IMG/VR virus record: IMGVR_UViG_3300000228_000009
Location: 1 to 59,124 of that record
Source of the DNA: a virus
Taxonomy: Duplodnaviria; Caudoviricetes
Reading direction: 5' to 3' (one strand)
Length of the DNA stretch: 59,124 nucleotides
Under the pieces are notes generated by a model that made no database searches, had not been told where the DNA came from, and was given only the letters and a program-made list of their open reading frames with translations. The position numbers and the translations under genes were made by a program. Shown in pieces: positions 19,387 through 27,971 of this stretch; the first letter of the stretch is position 1, and each line of letters starts with the position of its first letter.

Positions 19387-19575
19387 TCATCGTCCGCAAA
19401 GAATGGATAGGAAAGTATCTGTTTCTTTTTGTTTAGTAATTGTACTATCTTCTGGTTCATTATGGTTTTTTATTGTTCTGTTTATTATATCTACCGAAAT
19501 TAACATAGCTGCTTCTTTTCCTTTCAAGAAGGCTATGTCAATCAATTTCTTTACTTGTTCTTCTGTATAAACCAT
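19387..19575 (-). CDS. hypothetical protein
   Basis: AAGGA RBS. Confidence 0.5.
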   Translation of the reverse strand: MVYTEEQVKKLIDIAFLKGKEAAMLISVDIINRTIKNHNEPEDSTITKQKETDTFLSILCGR

Positions 19576-19715
19576 TTATAATCCTTGTAGTTTTTGTTAA
19601 TGAATGATCTTGCTTGTAAGATCGAGAAGGCTGCTCAGAAATAATATGCCTGGAATACCTATCATCAATAGAATCATTAAAAAATAATGCATGATGTCTC
19701 CGTAAATTGTATGTA

Positions 19716-19937
19716 CTATTCCTTGCAATACCAGCGATTGTCGGATTTATGGTAGTAATAAGTATATACAGAACTATCACATACTTTGTGAAAGGTTGTG
19801 TTATCAGGTGTTCTACATATGTCGAAAGCACCAGCAGATACCTGAGTAGTGATGAAATCATCGACACTGCTTTTTGATGATATGAACGATGCTGTCATCA
19901 CATCTCCCATATCTTTTGTTGTTTTATTACGTGCCAT
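19716..19937 (-). CDS. hypothetical protein
   Basis: structured leader with an AAAGGAG RBS. Confidence 0.6.
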   Translation of the reverse strand: MARNKTTKDMGDVMTASFISSKSSVDDFITTQVSAGAFDICRTPDNTTFHKVCDSSVYTYYYHKSDNRWYCKE

Positions 19938-20046
19938 ACTAAATCTCCTTTGGTGTTATACACCGTTGGTGTTTTATAGCTGACGAAATGCCAGCTACTT
20001 CAAAAAACCAGTACCACTGTGGAAGCTGGTACTAGTTTTTAGTGGC

Positions 20047-20349
20047 TTACCAGAGTTCTCTACCCTCCTTCATGGCCACGAAATATTTTTCGAAGTGGCC
20101 TAACCAGTCATCCATAGTTAATGCAAGGCTATACGTACCACCCCAGTACCCTGCATCATAGGTACCGAAGACCCCTACTCGGTTGTTACCGTTGATGCTT
20201 ACCCATAAATCTATTATTGGTCCTTCTTCAGAGTCGTCGTAATGACTCCATAAACCAGCACCTTCGTTAAGTTCTGGGTTGTATGTAAGCTCCATACCGT
20301 TAGCTTTGAAGGCGGCCACTATTTTCGGATCAAGCATAAACCTTTTCAT
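20047..20349 (-). CDS. hypothetical protein
   Basis: structured leader with an AAAGGAG RBS. Confidence 0.65.
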   Translation of the reverse strand: MKRFMLDPKIVAAFKANGMELTYNPELNEGAGLWSHYDDSEEGPIIDLWVSINGNNRVGVFGTYDAGYWGGTYSLALTMDDWLGHFEKYFVAMKEGRELW

Positions 20350-20696
20350 AATAAATCTCCTTTGCTCCGAAGAGCCTTGGGTTATATAATCAACGAAATG
20401 TTGATTCTTCGATAAGTAAGTACCACTAAAATTACGGAAGTAAATTGCTTTACCTGTCTAGTGGCTTTGAAAGCGGTCTATTCCAAGAACATCTAAAATA
20501 TGTACCGCGTCTTAAAGATTTGTACCATTTTCCCCCGATCCAAACTACCCAGAAAGCAACCAATAAGCAATCTACCGCAGGCATTTCTTACAGGGCTCCA
20601 GGGTAACCCAACAAGCAAACTACTACAGGTGTTGCCACGGAGATCGGTGTTGTTACTATCTACCAGTACCACTGTGGAAGCTGGTACTGTTTCGTT

Positions 20697-21206
20697 TTAC
20701 CTCCTTGCTATGAAGGGAATATCCTCGCTACGGGCCCACTCCTTAGCATCCTTAACAGCGTCTATCTCGGCGGCATGGCCGAAATAACTGGTGTTCTCAG
20801 GAGTGAAACAGTTACGTTCATCATCCCAAGTCAACAGCACTGCTTTCCAACCAGCTATTGGCTTGTAGGTTGTGACGAATGATGCCTTGGGGTCAGAACG
20901 GTAGCTGGTTTTCTTGATATGCCACAAGCTACCAAGTTCATCAGCTATATTCTCACGTAGGGACTTACCAAAGCAACAACCCATTCTTCCTCGTGTTTGT
21001 GTGAAGAACAGGGTAGAATGCTTACCATCTTTGCTTTGATAGCCAAAGATACCAAACTCTTGACAAGAAAGCACCAACTCCTGACCTTCAGCCAAGGCTC
21101 TTTTTGCATAGCGTCTGGCTTCCTCTTTGTCCATTGTTATGTACATATTGTCAGAAAGTACGTACATTCTCTTCAGCCATCCGTTAGGGATATTCATTGT
21201 ATTCAT
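20697..21206 (-). CDS. hypothetical protein
   Basis: structured leader with an AAAGGAG RBS. Confidence 0.65.
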   Translation of the reverse strand: MNTMNIPNGWLKRMYVLSDNMYITMDKEEARRYAKRALAEGQELVLSCQEFGIFGYQSKDGKHSTLFFTQTRGRMGCCFGKSLRENIADELGSLWHIKKTSYRSDPKASFVTTYKPIAGWKAVLLTWDDERNCFTPENTSYFGHAAEIDAVKDAKEWARSEDIPFIARR

Positions 21207-21212
21207 TGGAAA

Positions 21213-21670
21213 CTCCTTTGCTCCGAAGAGCCTTGGGTTTGCAGCTAAATTGCTGCCGGCGAGGATGAATTCCTCAAAAAACCGGTACCACTACCCGAAG
21301 GCAGTGGTACAATATTAGGCAAGTTTTTTCCAACAGAGCTGAGCTCCGTTGTAGCACACATGACAGGATTCAATGGTAGTGTAGTATACACAACCATTAT
21401 GTGATAGCTTTAGCAGGTAAGTGCCTTTGTCGGTATTCAGCCAGCACTTATGTCCCTTAAATGTGATTGTGATTTTACCATCTAAGGACACCATACCCAT
21501 ATACCGATCGGTACGAGATGAAAGGGGGCTGCCATCGACAGGAATTAACTTGATATAGTTGTACATGGTGTTCTCCTTTGCTCCGAAGAGCTTTGGGTTT
21601 GCAGCTAAATTGCTGCGGGCGAGGATGAATTCCTCAAAAAACCAGTACCACTACCCGAAGGCAGTGGTAC
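21213..21670. repeat. ~100-bp near-identical direct repeats (cassette leader), period 360 bp
   Basis: 21213-21310 vs 21573-21670: CTCCTTTGCTCCGAAGAGC...GCAGCTAAATTGCTGC...GAGGATGAATTCCTCAAAAAACC.GTACCACTACCCGAAGGCAGTGGTAC. Confidence 0.9.
21315..21566 (-). CDS. hypothetical protein
   Basis: lies between two cassette repeats; AAAGGAG RBS. Confidence 0.65.
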   Translation of the reverse strand: MYNYIKLIPVDGSPLSSRTDRYMGMVSLDGKITITFKGHKCWLNTDKGTYLLKLSHNGCVYYTTIESCHVCYNGAQLCWKKLA

Positions 21671-21678
21671 CGGTGGTG

Positions 21679-21933
21679 CTACCAAGACAGAATAGCAGTT
21701 CTTTTCATGATCTCAACTTGAACATGAAAGGCCACACCATTTAAAAGCACACCTCCACTATAAAAGGTTGAGTACGAAGGATAGGACGGAACCCCGTCCT
21801 GCTTTAGTACGTATTTACCACGTCTTGTTTTTAAAACAAGAGCATCATTATACACATTTATATCAACTACAATAGTTTTGTCCTCGGATTTGAAAATGCC
21901 ACATTTTACAGAGGTGAGAATGATTTCAGACAT
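21679..21933 (-). CDS. hypothetical protein
   Basis: AAAGGAG RBS; weak similarity to the 21315 protein (LNTDKGTYLLK vs LKTRRGKYVLK). Confidence 0.65.
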   Translation of the reverse strand: MSEIILTSVKCGIFKSEDKTIVVDINVYNDALVLKTRRGKYVLKQDGVPSYPSYSTFYSGGVLLNGVAFHVQVEIMKRTAILSW

Positions 21934-22270
21934 GGTGTTCTCCTTTGCTCCGAAGAGCTTTGGTGGGGGGGGGTGGTTGCCACATAAAAGTGACGTTGAT
22001 TACAACTTCCAATGAGGAAGAAGCAATGTGAGGACACATTCCTCAAAAGAGCAGTACCACTATAAGCGGTTAGAAAGGAAAACTGCCCCCTATAAAAATA
22101 GAAATTTTCTTATACATGGTGTACCACTATAGGGTACCCATTATTATAAATTTTTTCTAAAAAAACAATATGACCACCACTATAGGGCGCCACATGATAT
22201 GTACATAAAGATGTTAATGTAGTAATATATAATAGTATTAAGAAGTAAATATGTAAAAGCCTATGGTTGA

Positions 22271-22330
22271 AAGTACCAACAAGTACCAACAAGTACCAAC
22301 AAGTACCAACAAGTACCAACAAGTACCAAC
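22271..22330. repeat. tandem repeat, 6 x 10 bp (AAGTACCAAC)
   Basis: six exact copies. Confidence 0.95.
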
Positions 22331-22482
22331 ATCTTTAAGTACTAAAATTAATATGCTTATTGTAGTTGAAAAGAAAAATACGGTGAAACAAAAATAATAG
22401 AATTACACATATTAGTTACACCATATTTGTACTTACACTATAGTACTACTATAGTACTACTATCAGCAGAGAAGTTATTTTT

Positions 22483-22579
22483 TGAAACCGCAGTAGTTTA
22501 AATTTTGATACAATAGGTGTTTCATAACTACTGAAACCGCAGTAGTTTAAATTGTGGTACTAAAAATGTTTCATAACTA
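22483..22579. repeat. imperfect 49-bp-period tandem duplication
   Basis: TGAAACCGCAGTAGTTTAAATT...TGTTTCATAACTA at 22483 and 22532. Confidence 0.85.
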
Positions 22580-22934
22580 AATAGCATAATAGTACAATAA
22601 TCATAGTAGTGACAAATAGTGACATCTCAAAACATATTAATATAAATAATATAGTATTAGCATAGTAGTACTACTATAACTGTACTGCTCTATGCCTCTA
22701 CTTGACTCTATACGCTTCTTTTTGTACTAATAGTATATCTACTGTGGTAGTGGTGAGTAAATTTAATGGTGGTACTACTATGCCATTTTATAGCGCGGGG
22801 AATAAAATTAGGGTGGTGGTCGTATTAGTGTCCCAAGTGTGACTCGTTAATAAGTTTATGTAGGAATAGTTAATAAACTAACTAATATAAAAATGTAGGC
22901 AAATAGCTTTTAATCTTAAATATTAGGAGAAATT

Positions 22935-23381
22935 ATGAAAAAATTTATAGTAGGTTTAGCAATATTAGCTGCACTATCTACCCAAGGATGTGCTAACAGT
23001 AACTTCATGACTGATACCAACATAGACCCAGTAGAAGCGGCTACTATTCAACTTTCAGTAGGAGCTGCTATGGCAGCATATCCTAAAACAGTAGTACCAG
23101 CATTTCAAGTATCGTCTGCGTTGCTTGCAGTAAAAAACTCAGACACTAATCTTGTAGCATTGAGTTTCCTTGATGATGAATTAGCTAAAGAAACTGCTAA
23201 GCTTAATCTAGATCCTTTGACACTACAATCATTTAATGACTTAATTTTACTTGTGAGAGTTAGTATTAATAATAAACTATCTGATAGTAATATACCTGAA
23301 AATGAAAAATTAGTAATGGTTTGGAAAGTAGTGGAAATAGTAAATGCTACTGCTAAAGCTAGAATAGATCTAGTAAAATAA
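22935..23381 (+). CDS. putative lipoprotein
   Basis: MKK + hydrophobic core + TQG|C lipobox-like site; AGGAG RBS. Confidence 0.65.
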   Translation: MKKFIVGLAILAALSTQGCANSNFMTDTNIDPVEAATIQLSVGAAMAAYPKTVVPAFQVSSALLAVKNSDTNLVALSFLDDELAKETAKLNLDPLTLQSFNDLILLVRVSINNKLSDSNIPENEKLVMVWKVVEIVNATAKARIDLVK

Positions 23382-23384
23382 ATG

Positions 23385-23413
23385 TTGACTTATTTTTAAA
23401 AATATATTATATT
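23385..23413 (+). promoter_or_regulatory. sigma70-type promoter
   Basis: TTGACT-17 nt-TATATT. Confidence 0.55.
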
Positions 23414-23439
23414 TACTTTAAATACTTATCTTAATAATT

Positions 23440-23800
23440 AAATCCTCAGTTTTTTACAAAAGCCTTTGAGGTGCATTAGGAATTATTACCTAATCCAGGT
23501 ATGGCGTTGCCCGGCCAGTTGAATTCAAATAATAGGGAAACCCTGATAAAGTACTTGCAATAAGTACTTAGCCGTCCTAGATGCTTATGCATCCTGAATA
23601 TGAAGAATAAGAAATAGTGATAAGATGTTTCTTTACGTGGTAAAGGTAGACCAGGGCACGTACTTCTTCTAAAAAACGAAACAAACGACCGACGTCAAGT
23701 CAGTTAAAAGTTAGTTATTCAGTCCCTTGTGCACGATAGTTGTTTCTTTTTTATTGTGCATGGGGGGCTAAAGTACTCACTTCACTCTCTCGGTCAAATC
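23440..23800 (+). ncRNA. candidate large structured non-coding RNA, family unidentified
   Basis: ORF-free, relatively GC-rich, with many hairpins and long-range complementarities downstream of a promoter (see findings). Confidence 0.5.
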
Positions 23801-23923
23801 ATGTTGGTTGTGCTGTTGTAGTTTATTACTACTTGTTAATAACTGCTGTATTGATCTGCCGTGATGTATATTAGTACTATAATTAATAATTACTAATAAG
23901 TTAAATTTAAGAACTACAATAAT

Positions 23924-24295
23924 ATGTGTGGTTCAATAAGGAGAATTTCTATGGATGAAAGTAGCGCTAAAATAATGTACGACTTAACAAAACTAACCAA
24001 TAAACCTAGACAAATAACTTCTGATTTTATAGAAACAATAACTTTAGTTATGTTTAGAGAATTTATTAATCACCTGCCTAATAAAGAAGAATACTTAGAT
24101 CTAGTTCTAAACACATGGGAAGAACAGATTCTTGGTCAGAAAGAAGCAGAACTAGACTTACTTACTGCAGAACATAATACTATGTTTGAGTTAGTTGCAG
24201 GATCAGTTATTGCTAATTCAGAAAACATTAAAGAATTTACCAAAGAAGTAGATGCGATTAAAAAAATATATAGAAGTAGTCTTATAAGTAATTAA
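23924..24295 (+). CDS. hypothetical protein
   Basis: likely start MDESS with an AAGGAG RBS. Confidence 0.6.
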   Translation: MCGSIRRISMDESSAKIMYDLTKLTNKPRQITSDFIETITLVMFREFINHLPNKEEYLDLVLNTWEEQILGQKEAELDLLTAEHNTMFELVAGSVIANSENIKEFTKEVDAIKKIYRSSLISN

Positions 24296-24382
24296 ATTTT
24301 TTATTGTGTCTTCAAATAAAGTAACCTATGTAAAGTATACTATTTATTAATAGCTATTTAACCTTTTTGGAGATACTATGAA

Positions 24383-24697
24383 ATGGAAAATTTATCAGTA
24401 AAGATAGAGAAGTTTTCTATCTATATTATGATTGTATATATGTCCACTATGACAGGTTTGTATTTTCATATGGACTCCCGCATCAACGCCCTGCAAACTA
24501 TGCAAGATAGAACTTTCGAAAAATATTCTTTAAAAGAACAAAGAACTGAAGAAGATATACTAGCAGTAAAACTTCAAGTTTCTGAATTATCAAAGGATGT
24601 TAAAAAAGTAGAAAATAACATCTTAGATCATCTAACAAATTTATCTAATATTATAGTTGCCAACAACTCAAATAATAAAGAACAACCAAAAAAATAA
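24383..24697 (+). CDS. membrane-anchored coiled-coil protein
   Basis: one TM segment plus a heptad-like region; GGAG RBS. Confidence 0.55.
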   Translation: MENLSVKIEKFSIYIMIVYMSTMTGLYFHMDSRINALQTMQDRTFEKYSLKEQRTEEDILAVKLQVSELSKDVKKVENNILDHLTNLSNIIVANNSNNKEQPKK

Positions 24698-24699
24698 AA

Positions 24700-25146
24700 A
24701 TGGGTCAAGTAGATATAGAAGTAATCAAGATTATTATTAATAATAATTTTTCTATGATTAATCTCACATGGAGTTCTGGACTAGCTTGGTGGTTATCGTC
24801 TTTTGTTTTTGTATTGGCTTTATTTGGAAAACTTTACCCTAGTAAAAAAATATTTATTGACAATGGTTTATTTGTACCAGTAGGTATGCTTGTTTCTTTT
24901 ATTTTAGTATCTTTAATTACTTTTGGTGTTGTGGTAATACATGATCTTTCTATAGTTGAGGTTTCTACTTATAAACTTTTTATAAATATATGTTCTAATT
25001 TTAATGCCCCAAATGCCGGATATATTTTTGATTTAGTGAGGAAGTTGTATGTTATTGTTACGTCAAGTTTAATAGTTTTTTTAATCGCTTGGTTATACTT
25101 ATGGTTTTTTGAAAGCAAACCAAGCTCATTTATTACTAAACCCTAG
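24700..25146 (+). CDS. integral membrane protein (3 TM)
   Basis: three hydrophobic segments. Confidence 0.55.
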   Translation: MGQVDIEVIKIIINNNFSMINLTWSSGLAWWLSSFVFVLALFGKLYPSKKIFIDNGLFVPVGMLVSFILVSLITFGVVVIHDLSIVEVSTYKLFINICSNFNAPNAGYIFDLVRKLYVIVTSSLIVFLIAWLYLWFFESKPSSFITKP

Positions 25147-25173
25147 TACTAATCATATAGTACTAGGGTTTTT
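25138..25173 (+). terminator. intrinsic terminator
   Basis: AAACCCTAGTACTA-ATCATA-TAGTACTAGGGTTT followed by Ts. Confidence 0.7.
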
Positions 25174-25187
25174 AATTTGGAGGATAA

Positions 25188-26465
25188 ATGTCAAAAATAC
25201 TCGTAGACACTAATTTACTGTTGGACGATTCAAATATTCTATTTAAATTACACAAAGAATATGATGAAATAATCTTATCTGCAGTAGTATTAAAAGAATT
25301 AGATAAGCATAAAGTTAATCCTGACTTATCTTTTTCTGCAAGGGCTGCCATTAACTCTATTAAAGAGTTTCAAAAGAAATATCCCGATGTCATTACATTT
25401 GTTGTTAATGATCAGGATATTTCAAGTAATGATGATTTGATAATTGCCGCCGCAAAAAGTACTGGGGCAGAAATAGCTACTAAAGATATATCTATGAGTA
25501 TTATATCTGAAAGTAAAGGAGTAAAAGCTAGATTATATGGTAATATAGCAAATGGTGTTTTTGATCCATACACTTATATTAAAGAGACGGAACTTCCTAC
25601 ATTTTTTTCTTACTTACAAAAATACACCAATGATTTGTATGATGAAATACTTACATGGTTAGAATTAAATAAACAAGTTACTAGAAATAGTTGGTGTTTC
25701 ATATTTATTCAAGATGCAGCTAGTAATGACACAGCTATATACGCAAATAACCCTATTAATTTTTCTTTAGATAGAATAGACAATAATCCTAATTATAGAA
25801 CTATAGGAGAAGATTCATTTAAATTAAAAGCTAAAGACTCCTATCAAGTGTGTGCATTTTATGCTTTAATAAATGCTCCCAATGTTTTACTAACGGGTAA
25901 ATGGGGTTCAGGTAAAAGTTTAATTAGTTCAGCATATGCTATTAGTCACAATAGTAAGAAAACTTTTATTAGTAGACCTCCAATAGGAATTGATCCAAGA
26001 TACAACATAGGGTTTTTACCTGGAGGTACTGAGGATAAGTTAAATTCTTGGGCTATGGGTTTTTTAAGTTCACTCTATTTTATTTTTGGAAATACAAAAG
26101 GTCAAGCTAAGGAAGGAAAGTCTTTTGATTTCGTAAAAGCTGAACTTTTTAAAAAATATTTTGAGTTGCTTGATATAAACAGTATTCAAGGTTTAAGCTT
26201 AATGGACGATTATTTGCTTTTAGATGAGGTGCAGCTTTGTACTATTGATCTAGTTTCAGCCTGTTTAAGTAGGGCAACAGAAGAATCTAAGATAATAATG
26301 ACAGGTGACCTAGTACAAAGTTATAATATAAAACCTTCTAACAGTGGTTTACTAAAACTATTAAGAGCATTACCACATAAGTCTATGGCTTATGTGAATT
26401 TGAAATATGCTTATAGGAGTGATTTACTTGAACTAGCTGAGAAATTACAAGATAAGACATTCTAA
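25188..26465 (+). CDS. phoH: PhoH-family ATPase with N-terminal PIN domain
   Basis: LVDTNLLL PIN start, GKWGSGKS Walker A, IGFLPGGTEDK, DEVQ, TGDLVQ. Confidence 0.9.
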   Translation: MSKILVDTNLLLDDSNILFKLHKEYDEIILSAVVLKELDKHKVNPDLSFSARAAINSIKEFQKKYPDVITFVVNDQDISSNDDLIIAAAKSTGAEIATKDISMSIISESKGVKARLYGNIANGVFDPYTYIKETELPTFFSYLQKYTNDLYDEILTWLELNKQVTRNSWCFIFIQDAASNDTAIYANNPINFSLDRIDNNPNYRTIGEDSFKLKAKDSYQVCAFYALINAPNVLLTGKWGSGKSLISSAYAISHNSKKTFISRPPIGIDPRYNIGFLPGGTEDKLNSWAMGFLSSLYFIFGNTKGQAKEGKSFDFVKAELFKKYFELLDINSIQGLSLMDDYLLLDEVQLCTIDLVSACLSRATEESKIIMTGDLVQSYNIKPSNSGLLKLLRALPHKSMAYVNLKYAYRSDLLELAEKLQDKTF

Positions 26466-26609
26466 TTTAGAATATAAACTAACTTCTATTACTATAGTTA
26501 GTACAACTAAATTTTTTAATTACAGAAAAACCAGTAGATGTTGGTACAGGTATCATCGCAGCAGCTAGTCAGACAGGTAATGCTACTAATTTAGCAGGGA
26601 GTTTATATA

Positions 26610-26795
26610 ATGGTATGGATAAATAACAAACATTACAATGCTAAGTCTTATCCGAAAGAAGCTCGCGGAGGAGCAATGTGTAATTGTAAAAAATGTAGAA
26701 AATATACTGAAGAGCCGTTAGTTTGTCCTGTATGTGGTTGTAAAGTTTTATCAGGTGCAACAAGTTGTTGTTCTTGTGGTTGGTATAAAAAATGA
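26610..26795 (+). CDS. Cys-rich zinc-ribbon protein
   Basis: CNCKKC, CPVCG, CCSCGW. Confidence 0.5.
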   Translation: MVWINNKHYNAKSYPKEARGGAMCNCKKCRKYTEEPLVCPVCGCKVLSGATSCCSCGWYKK

Positions 26796-27421
26796 TTAGA
26801 TACTTTAGTTTTTGTGTTTATATACTTGTAGCAGTTGTTTGTCTTTTTTCCACTCCAGCAAGAGCTACAGTTTATAAACAAATTAATTTTGAATGGGAAT
26901 ATGATACAAGTGTAGAAGGGCTAGCTGGGTACATCTTATATCAAGGTGGAAAGCATCTTCATACAATTAAAGACCCTAAAGCTCTATCAGTTGATTTAAA
27001 TGTAGGACTAGAACCAGGAAGTGTTGTTGCATTTACTATGAAGGCTTTTGATGTTGAAGGTAACGAGAGTGCTTTATCTGCTCCGTACAATTTAGTTGTA
27101 CCAGTAGCATTTGAAAATAGTAATTTTTTACCTATACCTATGATATCTAATAATATTAATAATACAACTGTTGATTTTACTGCATTAGGTTCAACAGATT
27201 TTGATGGTAGTATTACTAGTTATTCTTGGAATTTCGGTGACGGTACATACTCAACGTACCCATCAGTTACTCATATTTTTCCAGTGTCTGGTACTTATAT
27301 AGTTATATTAACTGTTACTGACAATGATGGTGGTATAGTTTCTTGTAATAAAGAGATAATTGTTAGCAATACAGAATATTTAATAAAACGCCCTATTAAT
27401 ATAAAGTTAATTTCAAACTAA
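26792..27421 (+). CDS. secreted Fn3-like + PKD domain protein
   Basis: signal peptide; AFDVEGNESALS Fn3-like end; YSWNFGDG...GTYIVILTVTDNDG PKD motif. Confidence 0.8.
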   Translation: MIRYFSFCVYILVAVVCLFSTPARATVYKQINFEWEYDTSVEGLAGYILYQGGKHLHTIKDPKALSVDLNVGLEPGSVVAFTMKAFDVEGNESALSAPYNLVVPVAFENSNFLPIPMISNNINNTTVDFTALGSTDFDGSITSYSWNFGDGTYSTYPSVTHIFPVSGTYIVILTVTDNDGGIVSCNKEIIVSNTEYLIKRPINIKLISN

Positions 27422-27438
27422 TTTATGTTGGTGATTAA

Positions 27439-27639
27439 ATGATTAAATGCCCAAATTGTGAAAGAAAGTGGTTTGAGAATACTAAAGCCGCAGAAGTTAT
27501 TGAAGAAAGTAATAAATGCATTGTATGTTGTACCGAGACAGATGAAGAATGGTTACAAAGTTGTGTAACTGTCACCATAGAAATTGAACCTGGATTAATA
27601 GATATTTTTAAAGGAGATGAATATGAAAAATGTACTTAG
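27439..27639 (+). CDS. small zinc-binding protein
   Basis: CPNC, CIVC. Confidence 0.5.
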   Translation: MIKCPNCERKWFENTKAAEVIEESNKCIVCCTETDEEWLQSCVTVTIEIEPGLIDIFKGDEYEKCT

Positions 27640-27961
27640 GTTTTTTTCAGCTTTAATAATTTTAAGTTATAGTGCTAATTGTTTGGCAGCCCCATATGTA
27701 GTTACTTCAAAATTTGAATCAAATTCAGTAACTAAGTGTGTGTTTGTTTTAAATGATGCCAGTAGTGTAAGTGTTACGCCTATAGTTACTGTAGAAGATC
27801 CTACAAAAAGTTATTGTAAGTATGATGTTGCAAGTTCTTCTAATGGTAAGAATACTGTATCAGTTACTTACACAAATATGTGGGGGAGTTCTTCATCCGT
27901 CCCTTTCTCTTACGTAAAAACATTACCGCCCACTCCATCAGATATAATGTTACAAGAATAA
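27617..27961 (+). CDS. secreted Ig/Fn3-like protein
   Basis: signal peptide; beta-rich; NMWGSSSSVPFSY. Confidence 0.55.
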   Translation: MNMKNVLRFFSALIILSYSANCLAAPYVVTSKFESNSVTKCVFVLNDASSVSVTPIVTVEDPTKSYCKYDVASSSNGKNTVSVTYTNMWGSSSSVPFSYVKTLPPTPSDIMLQE

Positions 27962-27971
27962 GAATAAAAAA

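Larger units (their letters stand above)
4660..22061 (-). promoter_or_regulatory. dispersed AGTGGTAC-N8/9-G element (putative phage-specific early promoter), 11 copies
   Basis: plus-strand GTACCACT at 4660, 14081, 14143, 16636, 17839, 20011, 20420, 20666, 21285, 21645, 22054, all co-oriented with minus-strand genes. Confidence 0.65.

Noticed and set aside
21213-21960. CRISPR-like or integron attC array
   Set aside because: the intervening sequences are whole genes with RBSs, no consistent attC RYYYAAC/GTTRRRY ends were seen, and there is no integrase in the window; better explained as regulatory cassettes
21965-21973. poly-G phase-variation tract
   Set aside because: single non-coding run at the position of the C-rich linker found in the other leaders; no evidence of variation from one sequence
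22110-22322. ORF MLVLVGTCWYLL...
   Set aside because: artefact of translating the 10-bp tandem repeat; no RBS
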